From Anaerolineae bacterium (GTDB lineage: Bacteria > Chloroflexota > Anaerolineae > S140-20), in the NCBI GenBank assembly GCA_027021705.1, contig JALUTT010000107.1, positions 1 to 32,191 on the forward strand: a stretch of 32,191 nucleotides of DNA. Reading direction: 5' to 3'. The position numbers and the translations under genes are program-made. Under the pieces are notes generated by a model. The model searched no databases, was not told the origin of the DNA, and saw only the letters and a list, made by a program, of their open reading frames with translations. Of this stretch, positions 17,386-25,802 are shown piece by piece; the stretch's first letter is position 1, and each line of letters opens with the position of its first letter.

Positions 17386-19113
17386 ATGCGCGATCTTCAG
17401 CCCTCTCAACTCTTTCGCACAGCCCTGATCAGCAGCACGGTTCCCTTGCTTTTGGCCCTGACAGGGATGGTAGAGGCGTTCAGCAAACGGGGGCTCATCG
17501 GCGAGGCCGTCTCCGTGGGGCATGTGTTGCTCTTCCTCTCCATCCTGATCGCAGCTTACCTCTTTGAGCGCCGTCAGAAGTCCCCCTCTCCCCTGAATGC
17601 GACGATCAGCGGCATCGTCATCGGAGGGGTCAGCGGCATTGTCCTGGTGGTGCTCGTTTTTCTGACCAAGGCGTTGATCCCCAAGCCCTGGGACTTGCGG
17701 AGCATCTTCCCCAACGCCTCCCCCGCGCTGATCGAGGTCCTGACCTTTAGCCGGGGGGAGCGCACGGGGGCTCTGCTGCTTTTCCTCTTCAGTGTCGTCA
17801 GCGGGCTGATCGGCACCCTTTTCCCCTTGATCCCCTTGCTGATCCGAGGTCCTCTAACGACCGGCTTCCTGGTCACCCTCATCATTGGGCTGCTCCAGGA
17901 CATTATCTCCACCCTGCCCATCTTCCGAGGGAAGATCATCAAGTTCTTCTTCGCCCGCTCGGGATTCAAGCCGGTCGGTGCTCTGCTCATCTTCGTCGTC
18001 ACGATTGTCCTGGCGGCCCTCTGGCATCAGTATGGCCGGAGGTTGCGGGAGGAGCACCGACAGCTCCAACAGCGCCGGCCGATGACGGTCCAGATCGCGG
18101 TCTGGACCTTTGTGCTCCTCTTCTTGCTCGTGCTGCCTCGGATCGTGGGCTCCTATATGAGCGAGGTGCTGGACACGGTGGGCCTCTACATTCTGATGGG
18201 GCTGGGGCTGAACATCGTGGTGGGGTTCGCCGGGATGCTGGACCTGGGGTACGTGGCTTTCTTCGCCATCGGTGCCTATACCATGGCCGTGTTGACTTCG
18301 ACGGAGCTGGGCTTCTTCAACTTGACCTTCTGGGAAGCCCTACCCCTATCCATCCTGGCTTCTATCGCTGCTGGCGTTATCTTGGGTGTGCCGGTGCTGA
18401 AGATGCGGGGGGACTACCTGGCTATCGTCACAATGGGGTTCGGCGAGATCATCCGAATTCTGGTCCTCTCCGACTTCCTCAAGCCGATCCTGGGGGGGGC
18501 CCAGGGGCTAACCCGCATTGCCCGGCCCGTCATTGAGGGCCCCATCATCGGGAGGATCGTGATCAAAGACCCACCCCACTTCTACTACCTGATCCTGATC
18601 GGCTGTTTGATTGCTCTCTTCATCTCTATCCGCCTGAAGGCATCCCGCCTAGGGCGGGCCTGGATGGCCATCCGTGAGGATGAGGATGTTGCCGAGGCGA
18701 TGGGGATCAACCTGGTCACCACGAAGCTGCTGGCCTTCGCCACTGGCGCTGCCCTCTCCGGCCTGAGTGGGGCGATCTTCGCCTCCAAGATCAACTCGAT
18801 GGCCCCCCATAGCTTCAACCTACTCATCTCCATCTACGTCCTCAGTCTCATCATCGTCGGCGGCATGGGAAGCCTGCCCGGCGTGGTCGTCGGGGCCTTC
18901 GCCCTGATGGGGCTGCCGGAACTGCTGCGGGAGTTCGCCGAGTACCGGATGCTGGTCTACGGGGCTGCGATGGTAGTGATGATGCTCTACAAGCCGGAAG
19001 GGCTGTGGCCGGAGGCCACCCACGTGCGGGCCCTCAGGCAAGAGGAATCCCGGGAACCTGTGCCGGAACCTTCCCCCAAAAAAGCGCCCGCCGCCACGGT
19101 AGCCAGCGAATAG
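17386..19113 (+). CDS. livM: Branched-chain amino acid ABC permease LivM with a long N-terminal membrane extension
   Basis: GLNIVVGFAGMLDLGYVAFFAIGAY, RGDYLAIVTMGFGEI, GRAWMAIREDE. Confidence 0.9.
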   Translation: MRDLQPSQLFRTALISSTVPLLLALTGMVEAFSKRGLIGEAVSVGHVLLFLSILIAAYLFERRQKSPSPLNATISGIVIGGVSGIVLVVLVFLTKALIPKPWDLRSIFPNASPALIEVLTFSRGERTGALLLFLFSVVSGLIGTLFPLIPLLIRGPLTTGFLVTLIIGLLQDIISTLPIFRGKIIKFFFARSGFKPVGALLIFVVTIVLAALWHQYGRRLREEHRQLQQRRPMTVQIAVWTFVLLFLLVLPRIVGSYMSEVLDTVGLYILMGLGLNIVVGFAGMLDLGYVAFFAIGAYTMAVLTSTELGFFNLTFWEALPLSILASIAAGVILGVPVLKMRGDYLAIVTMGFGEIIRILVLSDFLKPILGGAQGLTRIARPVIEGPIIGRIVIKDPPHFYYLILIGCLIALFISIRLKASRLGRAWMAIREDEDVAEAMGINLVTTKLLAFATGAALSGLSGAIFASKINSMAPHSFNLLISIYVLSLIIVGGMGSLPGVVVGAFALMGLPELLREFAEYRMLVYGAAMVVMMLYKPEGLWPEATHVRALRQEESREPVPEPSPKKAPAATVASE

Positions 19114-19123
19114 GAGGCGAGGA

Positions 19124-19909
19124 ATGGGAATTCTGGAAGCCCACAATGCCACCAAGCGCTTCGGCGGGCTGGTCGCTGTGGACAGCCTGGACCTGGATGT
19201 GCAGGAGCGCTCCATCCACAGCATTATCGGCCCCAACGGAGCCGGCAAGACCACTTTCTTCAACTGTGTGACGGGGTTTTACCGTCTCGATGAGGGAGAG
19301 ATCCTCTTCGAAGGTCGTCCTATTCACTTCCTCTCTCCAGACCACGTGACGAGGCTGGGGATCGCCCGGACCTACCAGAACATCCGGCTCTTTGCCAATA
19401 TGACGGTTCTGGAGAACGTCCTGGTCGGGATGCACCTGCACCTGCGTTCGACCATCTTCGACGCTATCTTCAAGACGCCCCGGATGCGCGACGAGGAGGA
19501 ACAGGCTCTGGAGGAGGCCCGCCAGTTGCTCCGCTTCGTGGGCCTTTTGGGACGGGAGGGGTTCCTGGCCAAGAACCTGCCCTACGGTGAGCAGCGTCGC
19601 CTGGAGATCGCCCGGGCTCTGGCGACCAAGCCGAAGCTCTTGCTTCTAGATGAGCCTACGGCGGGGATGAACATCGCCGAGACCCAGGAGACGATGCAGT
19701 TCATCCGGCGTCTGCGCGATGAGCTGGGACTGACCATCGTGCTCATCGAGCACGATATGCGTGTGGTGATGGGCATCTCCGATGTGGTGACGGTGCTGGA
19801 CTACGGTCGGAAGATCTCAGAAGGGACGCCGGCCGAGGTGCAGCGTGATCCTCGGGTGATCGAGGCTTATCTGGGGACAGGGGCAGCCACAGCCCTCCAG
19901 GCCGTCTGA
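19124..19909 (+). CDS. livG: Branched-chain amino acid ABC ATPase LivG
   Basis: GPNGAGKT, LPYGEQRRLEIARAL, LLLLDEP, IEHDM. Confidence 0.93.
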   Translation: MGILEAHNATKRFGGLVAVDSLDLDVQERSIHSIIGPNGAGKTTFFNCVTGFYRLDEGEILFEGRPIHFLSPDHVTRLGIARTYQNIRLFANMTVLENVLVGMHLHLRSTIFDAIFKTPRMRDEEEQALEEARQLLRFVGLLGREGFLAKNLPYGEQRRLEIARALATKPKLLLLDEPTAGMNIAETQETMQFIRRLRDELGLTIVLIEHDMRVVMGISDVVTVLDYGRKISEGTPAEVQRDPRVIEAYLGTGAATALQAV

Positions 19910-20050
19910 CCGCTTTTTTGGGGGGAGCCTCCTGTGCTCCGGCGCTTTCTCTGACGTCTGTCCATCCGACCGAAGGTCTGGGGAGTCACGGTATCGCGGG
20001 CCTGCCTGCGATCTGGCGTTCCCCCTGATACCTCCTGCGAGAAGAAGACG

Positions 20051-20761
20051 ATGCTGGAAGTACAAAACCTGCACACCTATTATGGTAACATCCATGCCCT
20101 GCGAGGGATCTCCCTCACCGTGGACGAAGGGGAGATCGTCACGTTGATCGGAGCCAATGGGGCTGGCAAGACGACCACGTTGAACACCATCTCCGGGCTG
20201 CTCAAGCCCCGGGAGGGGCGGGTTTTGCTGGAGGGGGAGGAGATCACCGACCTCCCTCCCCACGAGATCGTCAAGCGGGGAGTCGTCCAGGCCCCCGAAG
20301 GTCGCCGCATCTTTGCCCGGATGACGGTGATGGAGAACCTGGAGATCGCGGCCTACACCCGCACCGACAAAGAGGGCATCCGTCTGGATATGGAACGGGT
20401 CTTCGACCTCTTCCCCCGGCTGGCCGAGCGACGCAATCAGTTGGGCGGCACCCTCTCGGGAGGCGAGCAGCAGATGCTGGCCATTGGAAGGGCCCTGATG
20501 GGCAAGCCCCGGGTCCTGTTGCTGGATGAGCCCAGCATGGGGCTGGCCCCTCTCCTGGTGGAGGAGATCTTCGAGACCATTCAGCAGTTGAACAGCGAGG
20601 AGGGGGTGACCATCCTGCTGGTGGAGCAGAACGCTTTGATGGCCCTGAGCGTGGCCCATCGGGGTTACGTGCTGGAGACGGGAGAGGTGGTGCTGGAGGG
20701 TAGCGCCAAGGAACTGCGGGAGAATCCCGACGTGCGCAGGGCCTACTTGGGCGGGATCTGA
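20051..20761 (+). CDS. livF: Branched-chain amino acid ABC ATPase LivF
   Basis: GANGAGKT, PEGRRIF, LSGGEQQMLAIGRALM, LVEQN. Confidence 0.93.
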   Translation: MLEVQNLHTYYGNIHALRGISLTVDEGEIVTLIGANGAGKTTTLNTISGLLKPREGRVLLEGEEITDLPPHEIVKRGVVQAPEGRRIFARMTVMENLEIAAYTRTDKEGIRLDMERVFDLFPRLAERRNQLGGTLSGGEQQMLAIGRALMGKPRVLLLDEPSMGLAPLLVEEIFETIQQLNSEEGVTILLVEQNALMALSVAHRGYVLETGEVVLEGSAKELRENPDVRRAYLGGI

Positions 20762-20794
20762 GGAAAACGGGAGGAAGCCCTAGCCAACTCAGCT

Positions 20795-20820
20795 TCCGAG
20801 GCCCAGCGAGGGGCCTCGGA
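20795..20820. terminator. Hairpin between convergent genes
   Basis: TCCGAGGCCC-agcgag-GGGCCTCGGA, 10-bp stem, weak T tracts. Confidence 0.5.
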
Positions 20821-20826
20821 GCCTTA

Positions 20827-21132
20827 TTACCCCAGATCGGCCGCCAGGTCGGTTAAGTCCCGCTCCCGCAGCATCCGGTACTTCCACTTCTGAATCAGGG
20901 GGACGATGTAAGGGAGCAGGCGGAGGCTGTAGTAGGGGGGGAGAATGGGCACGCCCAGCAGATCGCCGAAGCTGATGAGGACGAAGAGGTGCTCCAGGTC
21001 CGCCCGCTGACGGCGGAAGTGGCGGACGATTTCGAACACCGTCATCCCATAGATGAAGCCGGCCACCCACTCCCCAACGGCTCTGGCCCGCTCTCGCCAG
21101 CGGTTGATGCGGCCTGCCGGAGTTGTGGTCAT
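20827..21132 (-). CDS. Small ArsA-associated hypothetical protein (paralog B of 24613-24888)
   Basis: RBS GGAAAGGAG; shares EHLF.LI..GDLLGVPILPPYYSLRLLPY.VP....WK.RMLRE.DLTD with the 24613 ORF. Confidence 0.85.
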   Translation of the reverse strand: MTTTPAGRINRWRERARAVGEWVAGFIYGMTVFEIVRHFRRQRADLEHLFVLISFGDLLGVPILPPYYSLRLLPYIVPLIQKWKYRMLRERDLTDLAADLG

Positions 21133-21211
21133 CGCGAACTCCTTTCCGCCCTAGTGGACCCGGTGCACAGTAGATCGTGAGTGTGACGAATTGGTGGGTA
21201 TGAGGTAGAAG

Positions 21212-21868
21212 ATGTCCCTCGCTGCTCAGCGCGTCATCTGGGCCATCGCCATCCTGATGGCCCTCTGGTACGTTGGGGGGACCTGGTATAACCGCCGTCG
21301 TGGCATCCGCACGCTGACCTGGCTGCGCGAGGGCCTCCAGCGGCTAGGGGGTCGGCTAGAGATGGTGTGGATCGGTTCCGCCGCTTCGGGAGCCAAGGCG
21401 ATGGTCAGCAAGGCCAACCCGCCCTTCCGCCACCTAGAGGCTATCTTCCTGCTGGAGTCGCGGGAGATCCTTCCCCTCTGGGCGATCAACCGGCTGCGAG
21501 GCCGGCGGGATGAACTGATCATCAGGGCCCAGCTTCGCTCCTCTCGCCGAGGAGAGATCGAAGTGGTTCCGGCCGGCAGCCGGTTGGAGCGCTCGCTGCG
21601 GCGCGAAGAGCAGCCTCCCTGGGAGTGGGAGGAAGGCCCCCACGGGCTCCGCATTGCCCGCCGGGGCTCCCAGGGGAAAGCCCTCAGCCAGGCCGTCGGA
21701 GCCTTTCTCCAGGATTATGGCACCTCTCTCTACCGTCTCTCCTGGCGGCGTAGCAGGCCCCACCTCTTGCTCCACCTACGCCTGTCCGGGCTGACCGAGC
21801 GCCCGGCCAGCGATCTCTTCAGCGCCCTGCGCACAGCCCTCACCTATCCCCGTCAGGGTAGTTTGTAG
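21212..21868 (+). CDS. N-terminally membrane-anchored hypothetical protein, possibly CCDC47/DUF1682-like
   Basis: GAGG RBS; hydrophobic helix VIWAIAILMALWYVGG followed by a basic NRRR; family call by eye only. Confidence 0.7.
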   Translation: MSLAAQRVIWAIAILMALWYVGGTWYNRRRGIRTLTWLREGLQRLGGRLEMVWIGSAASGAKAMVSKANPPFRHLEAIFLLESREILPLWAINRLRGRRDELIIRAQLRSSRRGEIEVVPAGSRLERSLRREEQPPWEWEEGPHGLRIARRGSQGKALSQAVGAFLQDYGTSLYRLSWRRSRPHLLLHLRLSGLTERPASDLFSALRTALTYPRQGSL

Positions 21869-21943
21869 TCCTCGGTCCCTCCCCAAAGCCAAAAGTGTAG
21901 GAGGCCCTTTCAGGGCCGCTCCCCAGGACTGGGCACAATCGGA

Positions 21944-22435
21944 CTAGTGACAGCGCAGGTAGGGGATCGCCGCCAGCATCTCCTCGAACCCCTCCCGGGG
22001 GCATCGCCCGCTGAACTCCACCACCAGGTGTCGCTCGCTCACCGGACAGTCGAACTCCACCCGCAGGAAGGTGATGGTGTGGCGCCGGAAGAGCCCCCGT
22101 CGCCCCTCTCGCCAGCGCACCGTGGCTGGATGGCCATGGACGGTGACCTCGGTCACCTCCCCGACCGGAGCCCGGTTCCATCGCCGGGACAATGCCCCCA
22201 CCTGCAGCATCAATTCCATCGCCCAGCGGCGCTCGGCATCGAAGACCACATACCAGGCCCGGCCTGAGGCGACCCACTTCTTGCCCCCTCGCTCATGGTT
22301 GGCGATGACCTCCGGCCGCCCTACTCCGGGGGCCAACTCCCAGCCCGGCGGTAAGCCGAGCGAGAGGAATAGGGAATCGCCCAGCAGCAGGTTGCTGGCT
22401 GCGATGTCGTGGCGCACCAGATCGGTCGGCTGCAC
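21944..22435 (-). CDS. Hypothetical beta-rich protein, last gene of the arsA-like operon
   Basis: GTG 22435 after AAAGGAGA; LPPGWEL near the N-terminus, CPVSERHL, C-terminal YLRCH. Confidence 0.7.
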   Translation of the reverse strand: MQPTDLVRHDIAASNLLLGDSLFLSLGLPPGWELAPGVGRPEVIANHERGGKKWVASGRAWYVVFDAERRWAMELMLQVGALSRRWNRAPVGEVTEVTVHGHPATVRWREGRRGLFRRHTITFLRVEFDCPVSERHLVVEFSGRCPREGFEEMLAAIPYLRCH

Positions 22436-22593
22436 ATTGGTCTCCTTTGAACGGACGTTCCGATGAACTCTAAAAGGCGACCGCCGGGGAGCGTTATCCC
22501 CCGACGGCCACAGACCTCCCGCTACCACCCTGCCCCTCAGCAACGATCGGCTGTTTGATCCGACCCATTCAATCCGGTGGACGGCTTGGTTCG

Positions 22594-23574
22594 CTAGGCG
22601 AACATCCGCTCGGCGGTCTCAATGAGCATCGGCACCCCCTTCACCTCGGTGTCGAAGAGGGGGACGATGCTGCGAACCAGACCGTCGAACTCCTGCTCGA
22701 TGACCTCCATGTACTCGTCTTGCATCGCCACTCGGTTCAGCACGAACTCCGCCGCATCGGTTCCGATCTTCTCCTTGTCAATGACCATGTTGACGACCAC
22801 CCCACCCACAGGGATGCCGAAGTCGTGGAACCAGTTGATGAAGCGGCGGATGACGGCGATGGGCAGGGCCTCCGGCAGCGTGACGAAGAAGAAGGCCGTC
22901 AGTTCTGGGTCGGTCAGCAGTTCCTTGGCATGCTGCATGCGCTCTCGGAAGTTGAGGAGGTACTCCATCAGCGGGTCCTTCTCTTCTTTTTTCTTGCTGT
23001 AGGAGAGCATCTCCCGTAGGCTGCGGGCCTCCTCCCGGCTCTGCATCATCTTGTTGACCCAGAGGGAATAGACGGAGGACATCCCCAACAGACGACGGGC
23101 GTTGGCGGTAGGTGCGGTGTCGAAGACATAGACGTCATACTCGTCCTTGAACATGATGTCAATCATGTTCTCGAACATTGCCGATTCCTCGAAGGCCGGG
23201 TTCATTGTGGCCGACTCGATGAATTCGTCAGCCTTGGTGCGGATCTCGGCGAACTTGAGGAACCAGTCAATCTTCTCCCGGATCTCCTGTTTGGACTTCT
23301 CAATGGTCTCCCGGGTGTCAATTTCGTAAGCCCAGAGGTTGGGGACGCCTTCCACAGGTGTGGGGGCGCCAAAGACGTCTTGCTCCAGCATGCCGCTCAG
23401 GCTGTGGACCGGGTTGGTGGAGGCGAGGAGGGTGCGCCGGCCTCGGCGGGCGAAGCCAACGGCCGCTGCACCGGCCATCACCGTCTTGCCCACGCCCCCC
23501 TTGCCGCCGAAGAAGGTGTACTTCAACCGGGGATGTTCATCCAGGAATTGGGAGAGGGTCTTCTCGATGCGCAT
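22594..23574 (-). CDS. ArsA/Get3(TRC40)-family single-domain ATPase, subunit 2 (switch I D->N)
   Basis: GGKGGVGKT, STNPVHSL, DTAPTAN, VTLPE; no Cys. Confidence 0.9.
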   Translation of the reverse strand: MRIEKTLSQFLDEHPRLKYTFFGGKGGVGKTVMAGAAAVGFARRGRRTLLASTNPVHSLSGMLEQDVFGAPTPVEGVPNLWAYEIDTRETIEKSKQEIREKIDWFLKFAEIRTKADEFIESATMNPAFEESAMFENMIDIMFKDEYDVYVFDTAPTANARRLLGMSSVYSLWVNKMMQSREEARSLREMLSYSKKKEEKDPLMEYLLNFRERMQHAKELLTDPELTAFFFVTLPEALPIAVIRRFINWFHDFGIPVGGVVVNMVIDKEKIGTDAAEFVLNRVAMQDEYMEVIEQEFDGLVRSIVPLFDTEVKGVPMLIETAERMFA

Positions 23575-23577
23575 CGT

Positions 23578-24561
23578 TCACGCTCCGTTCCCAAACATGA
23601 CCTCGGCCATCCGCTCGATCATCGGCAGGCCGGTCACATCCCGCTCGAACTCGGGGATGTAGGCCAGCACCTGATCCCCAAAGAGCCGCTTGATCTCGGC
23701 GAGGTACTTCTGTTGCATCTCGTACCGGTTGCGCAGGTAGGCCGGAATATTGGGCTGCTGCATCAGGGAGTCGGGTAGCACCCGGTTGACGATGTAGCCG
23801 CTGAGGGGCACCTGATACTTGGCGAAGAGCCCTGCGGCCTTTTGCGTATCTATCAAGATCATCTCCTCGGGCACCAGGACGAAGAAGAAAGCTGTCCGTT
23901 CCCGATCGGTCAAGATGCTGGAGGAGGTGTTGATGCGGTGCTTGATGTACTGGAGTTCTTTGAGGATCAGGTCCTCTTGGAGCTCCTTGTCCCGGGCGTA
24001 GCGGGCTGCCATCTCCTCGTATTCCCGCATCTCCTCACGCAAGGCTGTGATCTTGGTGATCCATTCGTCGTAGACACTGGCCATGCTCAGGTAGTAGAGG
24101 GCGTGGCCCAGCGGGACCAGGTCGTAGATGTAGTAGTCGTACTCGCCGGCCACCACGATGTCCACGACCTGATCGAAGATGGCGCTCTCCTCCATCGCGG
24201 GCTCTGCCGCCGCAGCCCGGATGTAGCTTTCGATCTCATCGGGAATCTCGTCCATCCCGTACATATCGCGGATCTTCTGGCGGATTTCCTCCTGGTACTC
24301 TCGGATCCGCTGGTCGGCATCAATCTCCTGAGCGAAGAGATTAGGGATGATTTCAACGGCCCCCTTGCCGTAGATGTCCCGCTCGAAGATGTCAGAGAGC
24401 GAAGCCTGGGGGTCCACGGAGAAGACCAGCACTTTATGGCCCTGTTGAGCCAGGTAGTAGGCCGTGGCGGCGGAGAAGGTCGTCTTGCCCAGCCCTCCCT
24501 TACCGCCAAACATAATGTAGCGTCGTTCAGGGTTTTCCTCGAAAATGCGCTTGAGCGACAT
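23578..24561 (-). CDS. ArsA/Get3(TRC40)-family single-domain ATPase, subunit 1 (deviant switch II)
   Basis: GGKGGLGKTT, SVDPQASL, DLVPLGH, VLVPE, IVNRV; no Cys. Confidence 0.9.
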   Translation of the reverse strand: MSLKRIFEENPERRYIMFGGKGGLGKTTFSAATAYYLAQQGHKVLVFSVDPQASLSDIFERDIYGKGAVEIIPNLFAQEIDADQRIREYQEEIRQKIRDMYGMDEIPDEIESYIRAAAAEPAMEESAIFDQVVDIVVAGEYDYYIYDLVPLGHALYYLSMASVYDEWITKITALREEMREYEEMAARYARDKELQEDLILKELQYIKHRINTSSSILTDRERTAFFFVLVPEEMILIDTQKAAGLFAKYQVPLSGYIVNRVLPDSLMQQPNIPAYLRNRYEMQQKYLAEIKRLFGDQVLAYIPEFERDVTGLPMIERMAEVMFGNGA

Positions 24562-24612
24562 TGCTTGCTCCTCGTTTGATGGCTTGTCTCAAGAATGGGG
24601 GTCCAGGCGGGA

Positions 24613-24888
24613 CTAAGCCAGAGCGTCGGTCAAGTCTTTCTCGCGCAGCATGCGCCGTTTCCAGGTGGCGATCTGGGGCACCACGTAGGGGAGCAGACGC
24701 AGGGAGTAGTAGGGCGGCAGGATGGGCACACCTAGCAGGTCGCCCATCGTGATGAGGATGAAAAGATGTTCCATACTTCCCCGCGTCTTCAGGGCCTGGC
24801 GGGTCATCTCGTGTGCTGCCATGCCGTAGATGAGGTCTTGAACGGATCGTTTGGCCCGTTCCCAGAGGCTGAGCTTCTCTTCGGTCAT
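24613..24888 (-). CDS. Small ArsA-associated hypothetical protein (paralog A), 91 aa
   Basis: ATG 24888 after AAAAGGAGG; similarity to the 20827 ORF starts only downstream of this ATG. Confidence 0.85.
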   Translation of the reverse strand: MTEEKLSLWERAKRSVQDLIYGMAAHEMTRQALKTRGSMEHLFILITMGDLLGVPILPPYYSLRLLPYVVPQIATWKRRMLREKDLTDALA

Positions 24889-25076
24889 ACGGTCTCTTCC
24901 CTCCTTTTCACAGATCTGTTGCAGTATTCGGGAGAGGGGGAAACAGATCTTGAACGATCGGCGAACCGCTACCGGCAACGGACGTTGGTACCGTTGCCCT
25001 TCTGTCCAAGTCGTTACGCAGGATCCTTTGATCACCGAGGTGCCTTGCTGACCTTCCAGGGGCGGGGGGGCCGTGC

Positions 25077-25100
25077 AAAAAGCGGGGTTCGCCAACCCGC
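25077..25100 (-). terminator. Probable terminator of the pst-phoU operon
   Basis: Minus strand GCGGGTT-ggcg-AACCCCGC-TTTTT, 30 bp after the phoU stop. Confidence 0.6.
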
Positions 25101-25105
25101 ATTGA

Positions 25106-25134
25106 ATTATACTCCAAGGTTATGGTTCGGTCAA
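25106..25134 (-). promoter_or_regulatory. sigma70-type promoter pointing toward the arsA-like operon
   Basis: TTGACC(25134-25129)-17-TATAAT(25111-25106); the -35 overlaps the phoU stop codon. Confidence 0.6.
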
Positions 25135-25802
25135 ACCTCTTCCTCGTCCACGTCCATCTCGATCATCTCGCCCGTGACGGTGAAGATCACCCGTTCACAG
25201 ATGTTGGTCACCCGGTCGGCGGTGCGCTCCAGGTTGTGAGCCGCCCACAGGAGATAGTTGGCCTGTTCGATGGTGTGGGGGTCGGCCATGATGAAGGTCA
25301 TCAGCTCCCGATAGACCTGGTTGTAGAGGGCATCCACCTCGTCATCCTCTTCGGGAATGGCCTGGGCCAACTCCACGTCCCGCCGGATAAACGCCTCCAA
25401 CGCCCGGTGCAGCATATCCCGTGCCTTCTCCGCCATCCGGGGAATGTCAATGAGCGGCTTGATCAACGGCTCGTCCCCGATCATCAGGTTGATCTTGGCG
25501 ATGCCCTTCGCGTAGTCGCCCATCCGTTCCAGTTCGGTGACGATCTCCAACACCGCCGCCAGAGTGCGCAGGTCGCTGGCCATCGGCTGTTGGGTGGCGA
25601 TCAAGGTTAGCGCCTGGGCCTCCAGGGCGAAGCGCTTTTCATTAATTTGCCGATCGTTGGCGATGATCCGGCGCGAGGCCTCCATATCCCGCCGCTTGAG
25701 GCTGTCCACCGAGGCGGTCAGCGCCTCTTCGACCATGCTCCCTAGGACCAACACCTCTTCCTGCAACCGCTGTAGGTCCTGCTCGAAAGCTTTACGGATC
25801 AT
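25131..25802 (-). CDS. phoU: Phosphate signalling protein PhoU
   Basis: QQPMASDLR, ELERMGDYAKGIA, DDEVD, NLERTADRVTNICE. Confidence 0.96.
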   Translation of the reverse strand: MIRKAFEQDLQRLQEEVLVLGSMVEEALTASVDSLKRRDMEASRRIIANDRQINEKRFALEAQALTLIATQQPMASDLRTLAAVLEIVTELERMGDYAKGIAKINLMIGDEPLIKPLIDIPRMAEKARDMLHRALEAFIRRDVELAQAIPEEDDEVDALYNQVYRELMTFIMADPHTIEQANYLLWAAHNLERTADRVTNICERVIFTVTGEMIEMDVDEEEV

